64,000 nt of DNA from Alistipes sp. (GTDB lineage: Bacteria; Bacteroidota; Bacteroidia; Bacteroidales; Rikenellaceae), in contig JAJQED010000001.1 of assembly GCA_021201825.1 (NCBI GenBank), forward strand, positions 27,785-91,784. The letters run 5' to 3'. A program made the position numbers and the translations under genes. This document shows, in pieces, positions 29,933 through 38,011 of the stretch. The stretch's first letter is position 1, and the number at the start of each line of letters is the position of its first letter. The notes beneath the pieces are model-generated. The model worked only from the letters and a program-made list of their open reading frames with translations. It was not told the origin of the DNA and did no database searches.

Positions 29933-30913
29933 ATGAACAAAGGAGAAATAATAATATATCAGACACAGGACGGCCAGACTCAACTCGATGTTAAAATCGA
30001 AGATGAAACCGTTTGGCTGAACCGCCAACAGATGGCGGATTTGTTTGACAGGGATATAAAGACCATCGGCAAACATATAAACAATGCCTTACAGGAAGAA
30101 CTCAACGGAATTCCAACTGTCGCAAATTTTGCGACAGTTCAACAAGAAGGAAAAAGGCAGGTTGAAAGACAAATAGAGTTTTATAACCTTGATATGGTTA
30201 TATCGGTCGGCTACCGGGTAAAATCCAATCGTGGCATCCAGTTCCGTATATGGGCCAACCGTGTACTGAAAGAGTATCTGGTTAAAGGCTACGCGATCAA
30301 TAATAAGATGCAGGCGGAACAACTGGAGAGCATGAAAAATGCCGTTCGCTTGATGTCGAATGTTCTCGAATCACAATCCCTATCTGGTGATGAGGCCACC
30401 GGCTTGCTAAAAGTTATCCGTGATTATACCTACGCTCTTGATACTTTGGATCGATACGACTACCAGGAACTCACTATTGAAAATACCACAACAGAGGAGC
30501 CGTTCCGGGCCACATACGAATCGGCCATGAAAGCTATCGAGGAATTGAGGGATAAATTCGGTAGCGGAGGTCTGTTCGGGAACGAAAAAGATGGTTCATT
30601 CAAAAGCTCCATAAATACAATTTACCAGACTTTCGACGGACAGGAATTATACCCAAGCATTGAAGAAAAAGCGGCCATGCTTCTTTACCTGGTCGTCAAA
30701 AATCATTCTTTCTCTGACGGTAACAAACGTATTGCCGCGTTTCTGTTCCTATGGTTCCTCGAAAAGAACGGTATTCTGTATAAAAATGATGGAAAGCAAC
30801 TTATTGCAAATAACACGCTTGTTGCTTTAACTCTGATGATAGCTGAAAGCAATCCCGACGAAATGGAGGCGATGGTTAAAGTTGTTGTGAATCTAATTAA
30901 CAAAAGCAATTAA
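29933..30913 (+). CDS. RhuM-like N-terminal domain fused to a Fic/Doc domain
   Basis: The N-terminus has IIYQTQDGQTQLDVKIEDETVWLNRQQMADLF...YNLDMVISVGYRVKSNRGIQFRIWAN (RhuM-like). The C-terminus has the Doc-type Fic motif HSFSDGNKR. Confidence 0.75.
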   Translation: MNKGEIIIYQTQDGQTQLDVKIEDETVWLNRQQMADLFDRDIKTIGKHINNALQEELNGIPTVANFATVQQEGKRQVERQIEFYNLDMVISVGYRVKSNRGIQFRIWANRVLKEYLVKGYAINNKMQAEQLESMKNAVRLMSNVLESQSLSGDEATGLLKVIRDYTYALDTLDRYDYQELTIENTTTEEPFRATYESAMKAIEELRDKFGSGGLFGNEKDGSFKSSINTIYQTFDGQELYPSIEEKAAMLLYLVVKNHSFSDGNKRIAAFLFLWFLEKNGILYKNDGKQLIANNTLVALTLMIAESNPDEMEAMVKVVVNLINKSN

Positions 30914-30915
30914 TA

Positions 30916-32154
30916 ATGAATAGAATAGTGCTTATAGGGAACGGATTCGATAAAGCACATGGTTTACCAACTGGCTATAAAGAATTTATGGATAGTTATT
31001 GGACAGATTTTTCTTTAAATATATATAGCGGAAGCGCGGTTAATGACTATGAGGATGAGTTTGTTACATTTCATAATGGATCTCAAAGTGCTAAACTTAA
31101 AAGCAGTGTTAAACCATCTTATAATTTAAATTCCTATACAAGTCTCATAAAATATATTGGAGAAAGTAGACCACAAAATACTACTCATAATTACGGCATA
31201 TCATTCAAGAATAATTTTTGGAAACACATTACCCAAAGAACCTCTCTCAATAGTTGGCTTGATATAGAGAACGAATATTATTATTTGCTCAAAAGTTATT
31301 TGAAAGATGATAAACAAGGTGAATTAGTTCGAAAGCTCAATGAAGAATTTTCTCAGGTCAAGAAATTACTTGAAAAATACTTGACAAATGTTAGCATAAA
31401 AGAAGTTAAGAAGATTGACTCAATTGAAGAAGCATTTAGATCATTGCCTATTCATAAAGATGATGTTGGCTTATCAAAATTACAAATGTTTTGGGGTACT
31501 TTATCTGACGAGATTGATAGAGTTAAGAATATAATCAGGAGTGGAGGTCAAGAATATCACTTTGCAAAATTGAAAACCGACGAAGAATTAGATGAGGAGA
31601 TAAAAAGTGTTAGTGAAGAGAAAGGAATATTTCCTATGAGGACTTTATTCCTTAATTTTAATTACACCAGCACAGTTGAGAAATTGTATCTGCGGCCTGA
31701 TGATGATTTTGTTATCAATATTCATGGAGAGTTAAATAATCCAAAAAACCCGATTATTTTTGGATATGGAGATGAATTAGATGACGATTATAAAGACATA
31801 GAGAAGACCAATGATAATAATTTTATGGAAAACATGAAACACATACATTATTCTAATACGGATAATTACCGTGCGCTGCTAATGTTCTTGCAGCAGGAGC
31901 CATATCAGGTTTTTGTAATGGGACATTCATGCGGGAATTCAGATAGAACTTTACTCCAAACTATTTTTGAGCATACAAACTGCGTATCGATAAAACCTTT
32001 TTATTACCAATGGAAAGATGCAGAATGTCAAGAAATTAAAGATAACTACACAGAAATATGTAAAAACATATCGCGAAACTTTAATGATAAAAAATCTATG
32101 AGGGATATTTTAGTAAATAAGGTTTATTGTAAACCATTATCTCCTATATCTTAA
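30916..32154 (+). CDS. AbiH-like abortive-infection family protein
   Basis: 412 aa. Four motifs were seen: IGNGFDKAHGLPTGYKEF, NFNYTSTVEKLY, NIHGE...IIFGYGDE and VMGHSCGNSDRTLL. Confidence 0.65.
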   Translation: MNRIVLIGNGFDKAHGLPTGYKEFMDSYWTDFSLNIYSGSAVNDYEDEFVTFHNGSQSAKLKSSVKPSYNLNSYTSLIKYIGESRPQNTTHNYGISFKNNFWKHITQRTSLNSWLDIENEYYYLLKSYLKDDKQGELVRKLNEEFSQVKKLLEKYLTNVSIKEVKKIDSIEEAFRSLPIHKDDVGLSKLQMFWGTLSDEIDRVKNIIRSGGQEYHFAKLKTDEELDEEIKSVSEEKGIFPMRTLFLNFNYTSTVEKLYLRPDDDFVINIHGELNNPKNPIIFGYGDELDDDYKDIEKTNDNNFMENMKHIHYSNTDNYRALLMFLQQEPYQVFVMGHSCGNSDRTLLQTIFEHTNCVSIKPFYYQWKDAECQEIKDNYTEICKNISRNFNDKKSMRDILVNKVYCKPLSPIS

Positions 32155-32197
32155 TAACTTAGAAGGACATATTAAAAAAAGATTATATCTTTGATGT

Positions 32198-32803
32198 ATG
32201 CCCAACAAGGATAAATACATACCTTGGATAGGGGTCGGTATTGCTTCATTGGTACTGGCTTCCATAGGGCGGTATGTTGCCTTGCAACATGACGCGGATA
32301 CAGGGACAGCCAATCTTGTGTTTGTTATTGTTTTGGTAAGTATCGGCTTATTGTATGTCCTTTCTATAGAATTATTAGAGCCGATATTCAAATGTATTTT
32401 TAAACGTATAAGGGTAAAACCGAAGTACTGTACATCATTACCTGACGATGCTGTGCTGAAAAGTAAGATCGAATCTTTCTGTCAATATTCCGATGAAATT
32501 TTGGCAGGATATATACCGGACGAAGAAATGCCGCTATTGCACCGCTATATTGAGCAATACGCTAAAAGTAACACGGGCGACGTGCCGCAGAAGATTACGA
32601 CGACTGGATTAGATAACTTTGAACTCTACCACTACGGTTGGAATATTTGGAACCACTTTGACGTGATGGAGCAGCCGGAAACCGCTGATTGGCTTATCGC
32701 TGTTTTCTCCAAGCTATCAAAATCCAAGCGAACAATCTATAAGAAATTTAAGCACGATGGTCGGGACACATATAAAATACCAATAGAACCGAATATAAAA
32801 TAG
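32198..32803 (+). CDS. hypothetical 2-TM membrane protein
   Basis: 201 aa. Two N-terminal hydrophobic helices (WIGVGIASLVLASIG; LVFVIVLVSIGLLYVL) are followed by a soluble domain with no recognised motif. Confidence 0.45.
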   Translation: MPNKDKYIPWIGVGIASLVLASIGRYVALQHDADTGTANLVFVIVLVSIGLLYVLSIELLEPIFKCIFKRIRVKPKYCTSLPDDAVLKSKIESFCQYSDEILAGYIPDEEMPLLHRYIEQYAKSNTGDVPQKITTTGLDNFELYHYGWNIWNHFDVMEQPETADWLIAVFSKLSKSKRTIYKKFKHDGRDTYKIPIEPNIK

Positions 32804-33004
32804 CAACCGGAATAAATCGGCTACGAAGGGATTTACAGCAATGTAAATCCCTTTTGCTTTTTATTTCTTTTATAAATAGTCGGTTACAAATGGGGATTGA
32901 AACACCCAACAAAAACTTTTTCCCCGCAATTACTCCTCGTACTCTTGTCCCGGATTCACACGAATCTGCCTGTAAAGGCTTTGTAAAACTTTAAAACTTT
33001 TGTT

Positions 33005-33313
33005 ATGAATTACAAAGAATTGCTGGAGTCCGGGGCGAACGTAAGCGTTACCGTTGGACTGGATGACCTGCGAGAGATTTTTAAAGAGACCGTCAGCGGT
33101 CTAAAACCCGAATCGGCTCATCCGCAACCGGAAGAATTTCTAAGCCGTAAAGAGGTTCTGGCCTTACTGCAAATCGACTCTTCAACCTTATGGAATTGGG
33201 AAAAGACAGGTTATATAAAGTCTTTCCCCTTCGGTGGCCGCAAACGGTATAAACTGGAAGATGTCGAGGCAATCCGCACAGGGAAGAAAGGAGGACGCAA
33301 TGGAAAACAATAG
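33005..33313 (+). CDS. helix-turn-helix (MerR/excisionase-like) DNA-binding protein
   Basis: 102 aa. LSRKEVLALLQIDSSTLWNWEKTGYIKSFPFGGRKRYKLEDVEAI matches the Xis/MerR-type HTH pattern. Confidence 0.6.
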   Translation: MNYKELLESGANVSVTVGLDDLREIFKETVSGLKPESAHPQPEEFLSRKEVLALLQIDSSTLWNWEKTGYIKSFPFGGRKRYKLEDVEAIRTGKKGGRNGKQ

Positions 33314-34214
33314 TAATATTGCCGAACTCAAGAGAATCAGCATCCGTCACTACTTATCCAGGCGAGGAATAAACCCTCAAACAGTTAAACCCGGCTACGG
33401 ATTTTATTTTTCACCGCTGAGGAAAGAAACAGACCCCAGCTTCAAAGTAGATTGGAACGCTAACCTATGGCACGACTTCGGAACCGGCGAGGGCGGTAGC
33501 ATTATCGATCTTGTAGCCCGGATGGAGAACTGCTCCGTCGCCGACGCGATTCACCGACTGGAGAAAGAGATTCCCGATTCCGAAAGGGTATCGACCAACC
33601 GCCAACTCTCTGTCCCCGACCAATCACGTATTGAAATATTCTCAGTCGGTAAGCTCCAGCATCTGGTCCTGCTCCAGTATCTAAGCGACCGAGGGATAGA
33701 CCTGCCAGCCGCACAGAAATATTGCAATGAGGTAAGGTATCAGTCCGGTAGCCACCCTTACTTCGCTATCGGATTTAAGAACGATGCCGGAGGTTGGGAA
33801 CTACGAAACCGTGCCTTCAAAGGGAGCAGTACACCGAAGAATATAACAACCATCGACAACGGTTCCGATACGGTCATGGTATTCGAGGGTTTTATGGATT
33901 TCCTCTCTTATCTCTCACTGAAAAATAGTCCGTCGCCGTCCATCGACACAACGGTACTCAACTCCGTTGTCAACCTTCAAAAAGCCGTGCCGTTTCTCGA
34001 ATCCCACCGCACCGTTCATGCCTTTCTTGACAACGACGAATCAGGACGAAAAACGGTCGCCGAAATAGATAAGTTATTACCCAAATCCGAAGTTGTGGAT
34101 CAGTCTAAATTCTATCAAAATTACAAAGACTTGAACGACTATCTCCGGAACAATCGAACGCATAAATCACAGCCAAAATGCCCGGTGAGAAAGAAAGCAG
34201 GCCGCAAATTATAG
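33300..34214 (+). CDS. Toprim-domain primase-like protein
   Basis: The ATG at 33300 gives MENNSNIAELKRISIRHYL.... The C-terminal half has VMVFEGFMDFLS...FLDNDESGRK (Toprim E...DxD). Confidence 0.65.
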   Translation: MENNSNIAELKRISIRHYLSRRGINPQTVKPGYGFYFSPLRKETDPSFKVDWNANLWHDFGTGEGGSIIDLVARMENCSVADAIHRLEKEIPDSERVSTNRQLSVPDQSRIEIFSVGKLQHLVLLQYLSDRGIDLPAAQKYCNEVRYQSGSHPYFAIGFKNDAGGWELRNRAFKGSSTPKNITTIDNGSDTVMVFEGFMDFLSYLSLKNSPSPSIDTTVLNSVVNLQKAVPFLESHRTVHAFLDNDESGRKTVAEIDKLLPKSEVVDQSKFYQNYKDLNDYLRNNRTHKSQPKCPVRKKAGRKL

Positions 34215-34266
34215 GCGTCTTCGGCTTATCTGCAACCGGAGAGTTTTCGGGCGGTAGCAAGTTTGT

Positions 34267-34336
34267 GTTTTGTGTACCACAAAACCCCGCTTCGCGGGAA
34301 ACTTGCCCTGCGGGGCAAGCGACTTTTTAAGTCGCT
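34267..34336 (+). other. candidate oriT: four consecutive hairpins upstream of mobC
   Basis: The stems are 34267-74/34278-85, 34286-90/34294-98, 34302-08/34313-19 and 34318-24/34330-36. Confidence 0.4.
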
Positions 34337-34391
34337 GTCCGGCTATCTCGTTGGTCTCCGCCGGACTTTGTCTGACAGTTAAAATTAAGTT

Positions 34392-34760
34392 ATGAGCAAG
34401 AATAAAAAAGGTGGCCGTCCGAAGAAAAGTGCCACTCAAAAATTAAAACACAGGGTTGCATATATGCTTCCGACCATAGAATATTTTGCCCTCAAAACGA
34501 GAGCTAAAAATGCCGGAATTTCTCTGGCAGAAATCTCCCGTAGAGCCGTGACGGATTGTAAAATTATCCCGCGTCTTACGCCCGACGAATCCGGCTGAAT
34601 ACGACAACTCTCCGGGATGTCGAACAACTTGAATCAGATCGCACATCAGGCCAATATCGCAGGTTATCCTCAAGTCAAAAATGAAATGGCAGAGCTGGCG
34701 GAAGAAATAAGAACCATAAAAAACTTGCTTAAAGATGATGGGAAAGATAAGAAGCGGTAG
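34392..34760 (+). pseudogene. mobC: MobC-like relaxosome accessory gene with an in-frame TGA (codon 69)
   Basis: ...IIPRLTPDESG-TGA-IRQLSGMSNNLNQIAHQANIAG...KDDGKDKKR*. The conserved NNLNQ(I/L)A motif lies after the stop, in the same frame. The end overlaps the relaxase start. Confidence 0.65.
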
Positions 34761-35721
34761 TTCTTTCGGTGGCTGTGTAAAGTATGCAGCTACAAAAAAG
34801 GATGCGGAACTTATCGGAGCCATGGGAGTCGAACTCAAGAATTGGAGAACGATTGCCGAAAGCATGGAGTTGCAATCGCAGATGAACCCGAGGCTTGGGA
34901 AGAAAGTAGGGCATATCTCCCTCAATTTTTCAGTCCAAGACAAAGACAGGTTAACCAATGAATATATGGTGAAGGTGGCAAATGAATATATGTACAAAAT
35001 GGGAATCCGTGATACGCAGGCCGTTGTTTACCGTCACTATGACCGGGAGCATCCGCATTGTCATATAGTTTACAACCGTGTTAGTAATTCTGGCAAGACG
35101 ATATCCGATAAGAAAGAGAGAATACGCAACATGAAAATCTGCCGTCAACTGACCGAAGCGCACGGACTCTATCTTAAGAAAACTGATGCCAAACAGAATG
35201 TAAAACAGGATCGTCTTATAGGCAGGGATAAGATTAAGTACGAAATATATCATGCCATCAAAGACGGATTGCAAATGGCTAAAAGCTGGCCGGAACTTAA
35301 ATCTTATTTACATAAGCAAGGGATAACGACCGACTTTAAAACCAAAGGAAAAACAGACGTGGTACAAGGTGTCGTTTTTACTAAAGGTAATCAAAAGCCG
35401 TTCAACGGCTCGGAGATCGACAGACAATTCAGCTACTCGAAACTCTCGGCTTTGCTTAACGAAAATGCAAAACAGCATAACCAGACCGGAACGGTAAGTG
35501 TTCAGACAGAGCAAAGCCAAAGGCAAGTAATTAAACCCGTACAAAACCCCACCGAGCACACTTACCCGAAACCGCAATTCACGCACGAACACTCTGCCGG
35601 TTCCGGATTAGCTGGTTTATTTAATATCCATCCGTCAGGCGATAGTTATGACGAAGGTGCGGCAGAACTGGAAAGAGAATTAAAAAAACGTAAGAAAAAG
35701 AAACGAGGTCGTTCGATATAA
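34735..35721 (+). CDS. relaxase / mobilization nuclease (MobA/VirD2 family)
   Basis: 328 aa with the HYDREHPHCHIVYNRV histidine triad. The N-terminus is GSSFGGCVKY. Confidence 0.85.
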   Translation: MMGKIRSGSSFGGCVKYAATKKDAELIGAMGVELKNWRTIAESMELQSQMNPRLGKKVGHISLNFSVQDKDRLTNEYMVKVANEYMYKMGIRDTQAVVYRHYDREHPHCHIVYNRVSNSGKTISDKKERIRNMKICRQLTEAHGLYLKKTDAKQNVKQDRLIGRDKIKYEIYHAIKDGLQMAKSWPELKSYLHKQGITTDFKTKGKTDVVQGVVFTKGNQKPFNGSEIDRQFSYSKLSALLNENAKQHNQTGTVSVQTEQSQRQVIKPVQNPTEHTYPKPQFTHEHSAGSGLAGLFNIHPSGDSYDEGAAELERELKKRKKKKRGRSI

Positions 35722-35819
35722 GTCGAACGGGCGGCTTCACTGAGCATAGCCCGTTGTCAGCCGGAGGCTGGTGCGGATTAAGCGCAGCGAAGTAACAATA
35801 AAAAGAAAAAACGATAAAT

Positions 35820-36374
35820 ATGAGTAAAGAACTTGATGCTGTTTCCGGAATGTTCGAGGAACAAATGGAAATGATAAAACAGATTTTAAAGAATCAGCAG
35901 ACCACCGGAGAGATAAACTTTAACCCGGAGCAGCTTGCCGAAGTACGCGAACTATCCGAGGCCGTAAAGAAAGCGGCCCGTAATCCAGACCAAACCGTAA
36001 TCCATAATCACAAGCATAGGATTGTATTTCCACCGTCCGATAGTGTTATATGGCATATTACCCTCATAACACTAATTGTTATCCTTGGATTTCTTGTTAA
36101 AAGACAGCATAATACTCTAATCAGATTTGAAGATAATGACCTCAAATACCGCTACATCGAAATGCGTGGTTCTGCTGAACCGGAAGAAATTTTAATGCTT
36201 CGGGAAATATTCGATTATAACAGGAATAAAGAACAAATCCGAGTAATCCGTCAAAAGGTAAACCAATATGAAAAGTTAATTCGGGAGCAGGCTGAGACGG
36301 AAGCACGGGCAAGACTGAATGCCGCTGAAGCGGAAAGGTTAAGAAATGAAGCGGAGACGGTAAAGGGTAAATAA
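35820..36374 (+). CDS. hypothetical membrane / coiled-coil protein (third gene of the mob block)
   Basis: 184 aa with a central TM (WHITLITLIVILGFLV) and a C-terminal charged coiled coil. Confidence 0.45.
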   Translation: MSKELDAVSGMFEEQMEMIKQILKNQQTTGEINFNPEQLAEVRELSEAVKKAARNPDQTVIHNHKHRIVFPPSDSVIWHITLITLIVILGFLVKRQHNTLIRFEDNDLKYRYIEMRGSAEPEEILMLREIFDYNRNKEQIRVIRQKVNQYEKLIREQAETEARARLNAAEAERLRNEAETVKGK

Positions 36375-36382
36375 TTGTGGAA

Positions 36383-36643
36383 TCATTCCTCGATTTCAAA
36401 AGATGATTCCATGCCGTTGAGCAATTCGGATAAAGATATTTTATAGTATTTACAAATGAGAGCAAGATTAGATAAAGATACGTTCACCAAAGCCTTTTCA
36501 TATCTGTAAATACTGATTTTTAATGTCTCATCAATTTTCTCGTTGGTTATATTTTGCTCAAGACGCAATTCTCGAAGACGCCTCCCAACCTCAATCAACA
36601 GAGCCTTATCTTTTCTAACAGTCCTTTTTTTTGTTTTTGTCAT
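36383..36643 (-). CDS. XRE-family HTH transcriptional regulator
   Basis: The ATG at 36643 gives MTKTKKRTVRKDKALLIEVGRRLRELRLEQNITNEKI...LSNLALICKYYKISLSELL. Confidence 0.75.
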   Translation of the reverse strand: MTKTKKRTVRKDKALLIEVGRRLRELRLEQNITNEKIDETLKISIYRYEKALVNVSLSNLALICKYYKISLSELLNGMESSFEIEE

Positions 36644-36661
36644 TCGCAAATATTTATACAT

Positions 36662-36693
36662 ATACGTAGTTTTTATCTCTACGTACACGTAGA
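36662..36693. promoter_or_regulatory. candidate operator: ACGTAG half-sites upstream of the XRE gene
   Basis: The palindrome tctacgt-ac-acgtaga (36678-36693) plus a third half-site tacgtag (36663-36669) lie 20-50 nt upstream of the ATG at 36643. Confidence 0.4.
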
Positions 36694-36801
36694 AATAAAA
36701 ATGAATTTCTATCTTTGAGCATTCATTAATTCAGACTATTAGAAGTTATATGTTATCTTTGCGGGAACATTGCAATTCGCCTTAACGCAAGAGCGAACTA
36801 T

Positions 36802-37050
36802 ATAAAGGGTAAACGACCTTTATGCCTCACTGTAAACTCGCGACTATCGAGAGATAGGTTTCCGGCTGGCTTAAATGTTGTTGAAACCCATGAGTATACC
36901 CTGACCTTAACGGTCGGGGTAACTCTGGGCGCAGGACAACATACCAGCCAAGGCTCGCGAGGCCGACAGTGAGGAATGTTGCTCCTGCGTTCCTCTTTTC
37001 TAACTGGAGTAGTGAGCAATTTCCAATTCACTAATCTAACTCCAAGCCTT
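36802..37050 (+). ncRNA. candidate structured RNA or leader upstream of the SLOG gene (strand uncertain)
   Basis: Nested complementarity was seen: 36825-33 cctcactgt with 36966-74 acagtgagg; 36837-43 ctcgcga with 36955-61 tcgcgag; 36857-62 ggtttc with 36883-88 gaaacc; and a 10-bp hairpin 36897-36906/36912-36921. Hairpins also occur at 36802-36823 and 37006-37044. Confidence 0.3.
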
Positions 37051-37563
37051 ATGACTAATATTAATCCCGCTACTACCGTAGCGTTCACTGGTTACCGCCC
37101 CGGTAAAATCAAAAAGTCAGATCCAGATAATAATTTCCTTTTCGCCGAAATACAGGTACGTCTTCTCGGTACCATTCACAAACTTGCAGAGCAGGGTTAT
37201 AAAACATTCTTGTCCGGCATGGCCGCTGGTTTCGATCTCATGGCCGCAAGCGCGGTTCTTCTCGCAAGAAACACATACCCTGAAATCGAATTGATATGCG
37301 TTGTGCCGTTCCCGGATCAGGCGTTCAACTTTGCTCCTTATTGGAAAGTGGAACACAGCAATATATTACGGCACGCACAAAGGTGTTTAACCCTATTCGG
37401 AAGTTATCATCGTAGTGTGTACCACAGGCGGAATGATTTTTTGGTTGAGAACAGTTCCGTATTGGTATGCTATTATGACGGTCAGCCAGGCGGAACACAT
37501 TACACAGTTACTCTTGCCCAAAGACGGGGATTGGAAATAATCAATCTTTTCGGCTCAGAATAA
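37051..37563 (+). CDS. SLOG-fold protein (DUF1273 / YpsA-like)
   Basis: ATG at 37051. VAFTGYRP...FLSGMAAGFDLMAA...CVVPF...YYDGQPGGTHYTV matches the DUF1273 pattern, as I recall it. Confidence 0.65.
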   Translation: MTNINPATTVAFTGYRPGKIKKSDPDNNFLFAEIQVRLLGTIHKLAEQGYKTFLSGMAAGFDLMAASAVLLARNTYPEIELICVVPFPDQAFNFAPYWKVEHSNILRHAQRCLTLFGSYHRSVYHRRNDFLVENSSVLVCYYDGQPGGTHYTVTLAQRRGLEIINLFGSE

Positions 37564-38011
37564 GTATGGATAAAAGGATCGGCAAGAAGTGCTATCCGTA
37601 TGTGCGCTCAGTTTTGCAATGAGGAAAAGCAAGCACACTTTTCCCGGCGACAAGAGCAATTCCTTATTTATCTGTTATACTGAATCAGAGCATGGCATTA
37701 AAGGTACCGGCCGGTCACATTGCCAGAAAAGTTAAAGCAGATTTTAATTTGTAGAATGAGATTTGAGTCCGGGATGGAAACCTCGACTTCTTGCGATCCT
37801 CTTCCATCTATTTTATCAATAACCTCTCCCACTCTATAACATCTATATTTTTCGAAATAATATATATTGAGGATGTAGCTTTCACATTCTCAGTATTTTT
37901 GTTATTTTTACCGCTATTAATTCAGCCGAGAGAGGCCTCAACTTTATCTTTTTAAATTTATCTGGCCTCTTTCTGGAATAATACTAATCCTATTAATATA
38001 GCGGGTAATAT

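Noticed and set aside
36798-37088. 96-aa minus-strand ORF over the structured region
   Set aside because: It has no start context or motifs. The region's dominant signal is nested base-pairing, and the ORF also overlaps the SLOG gene start.
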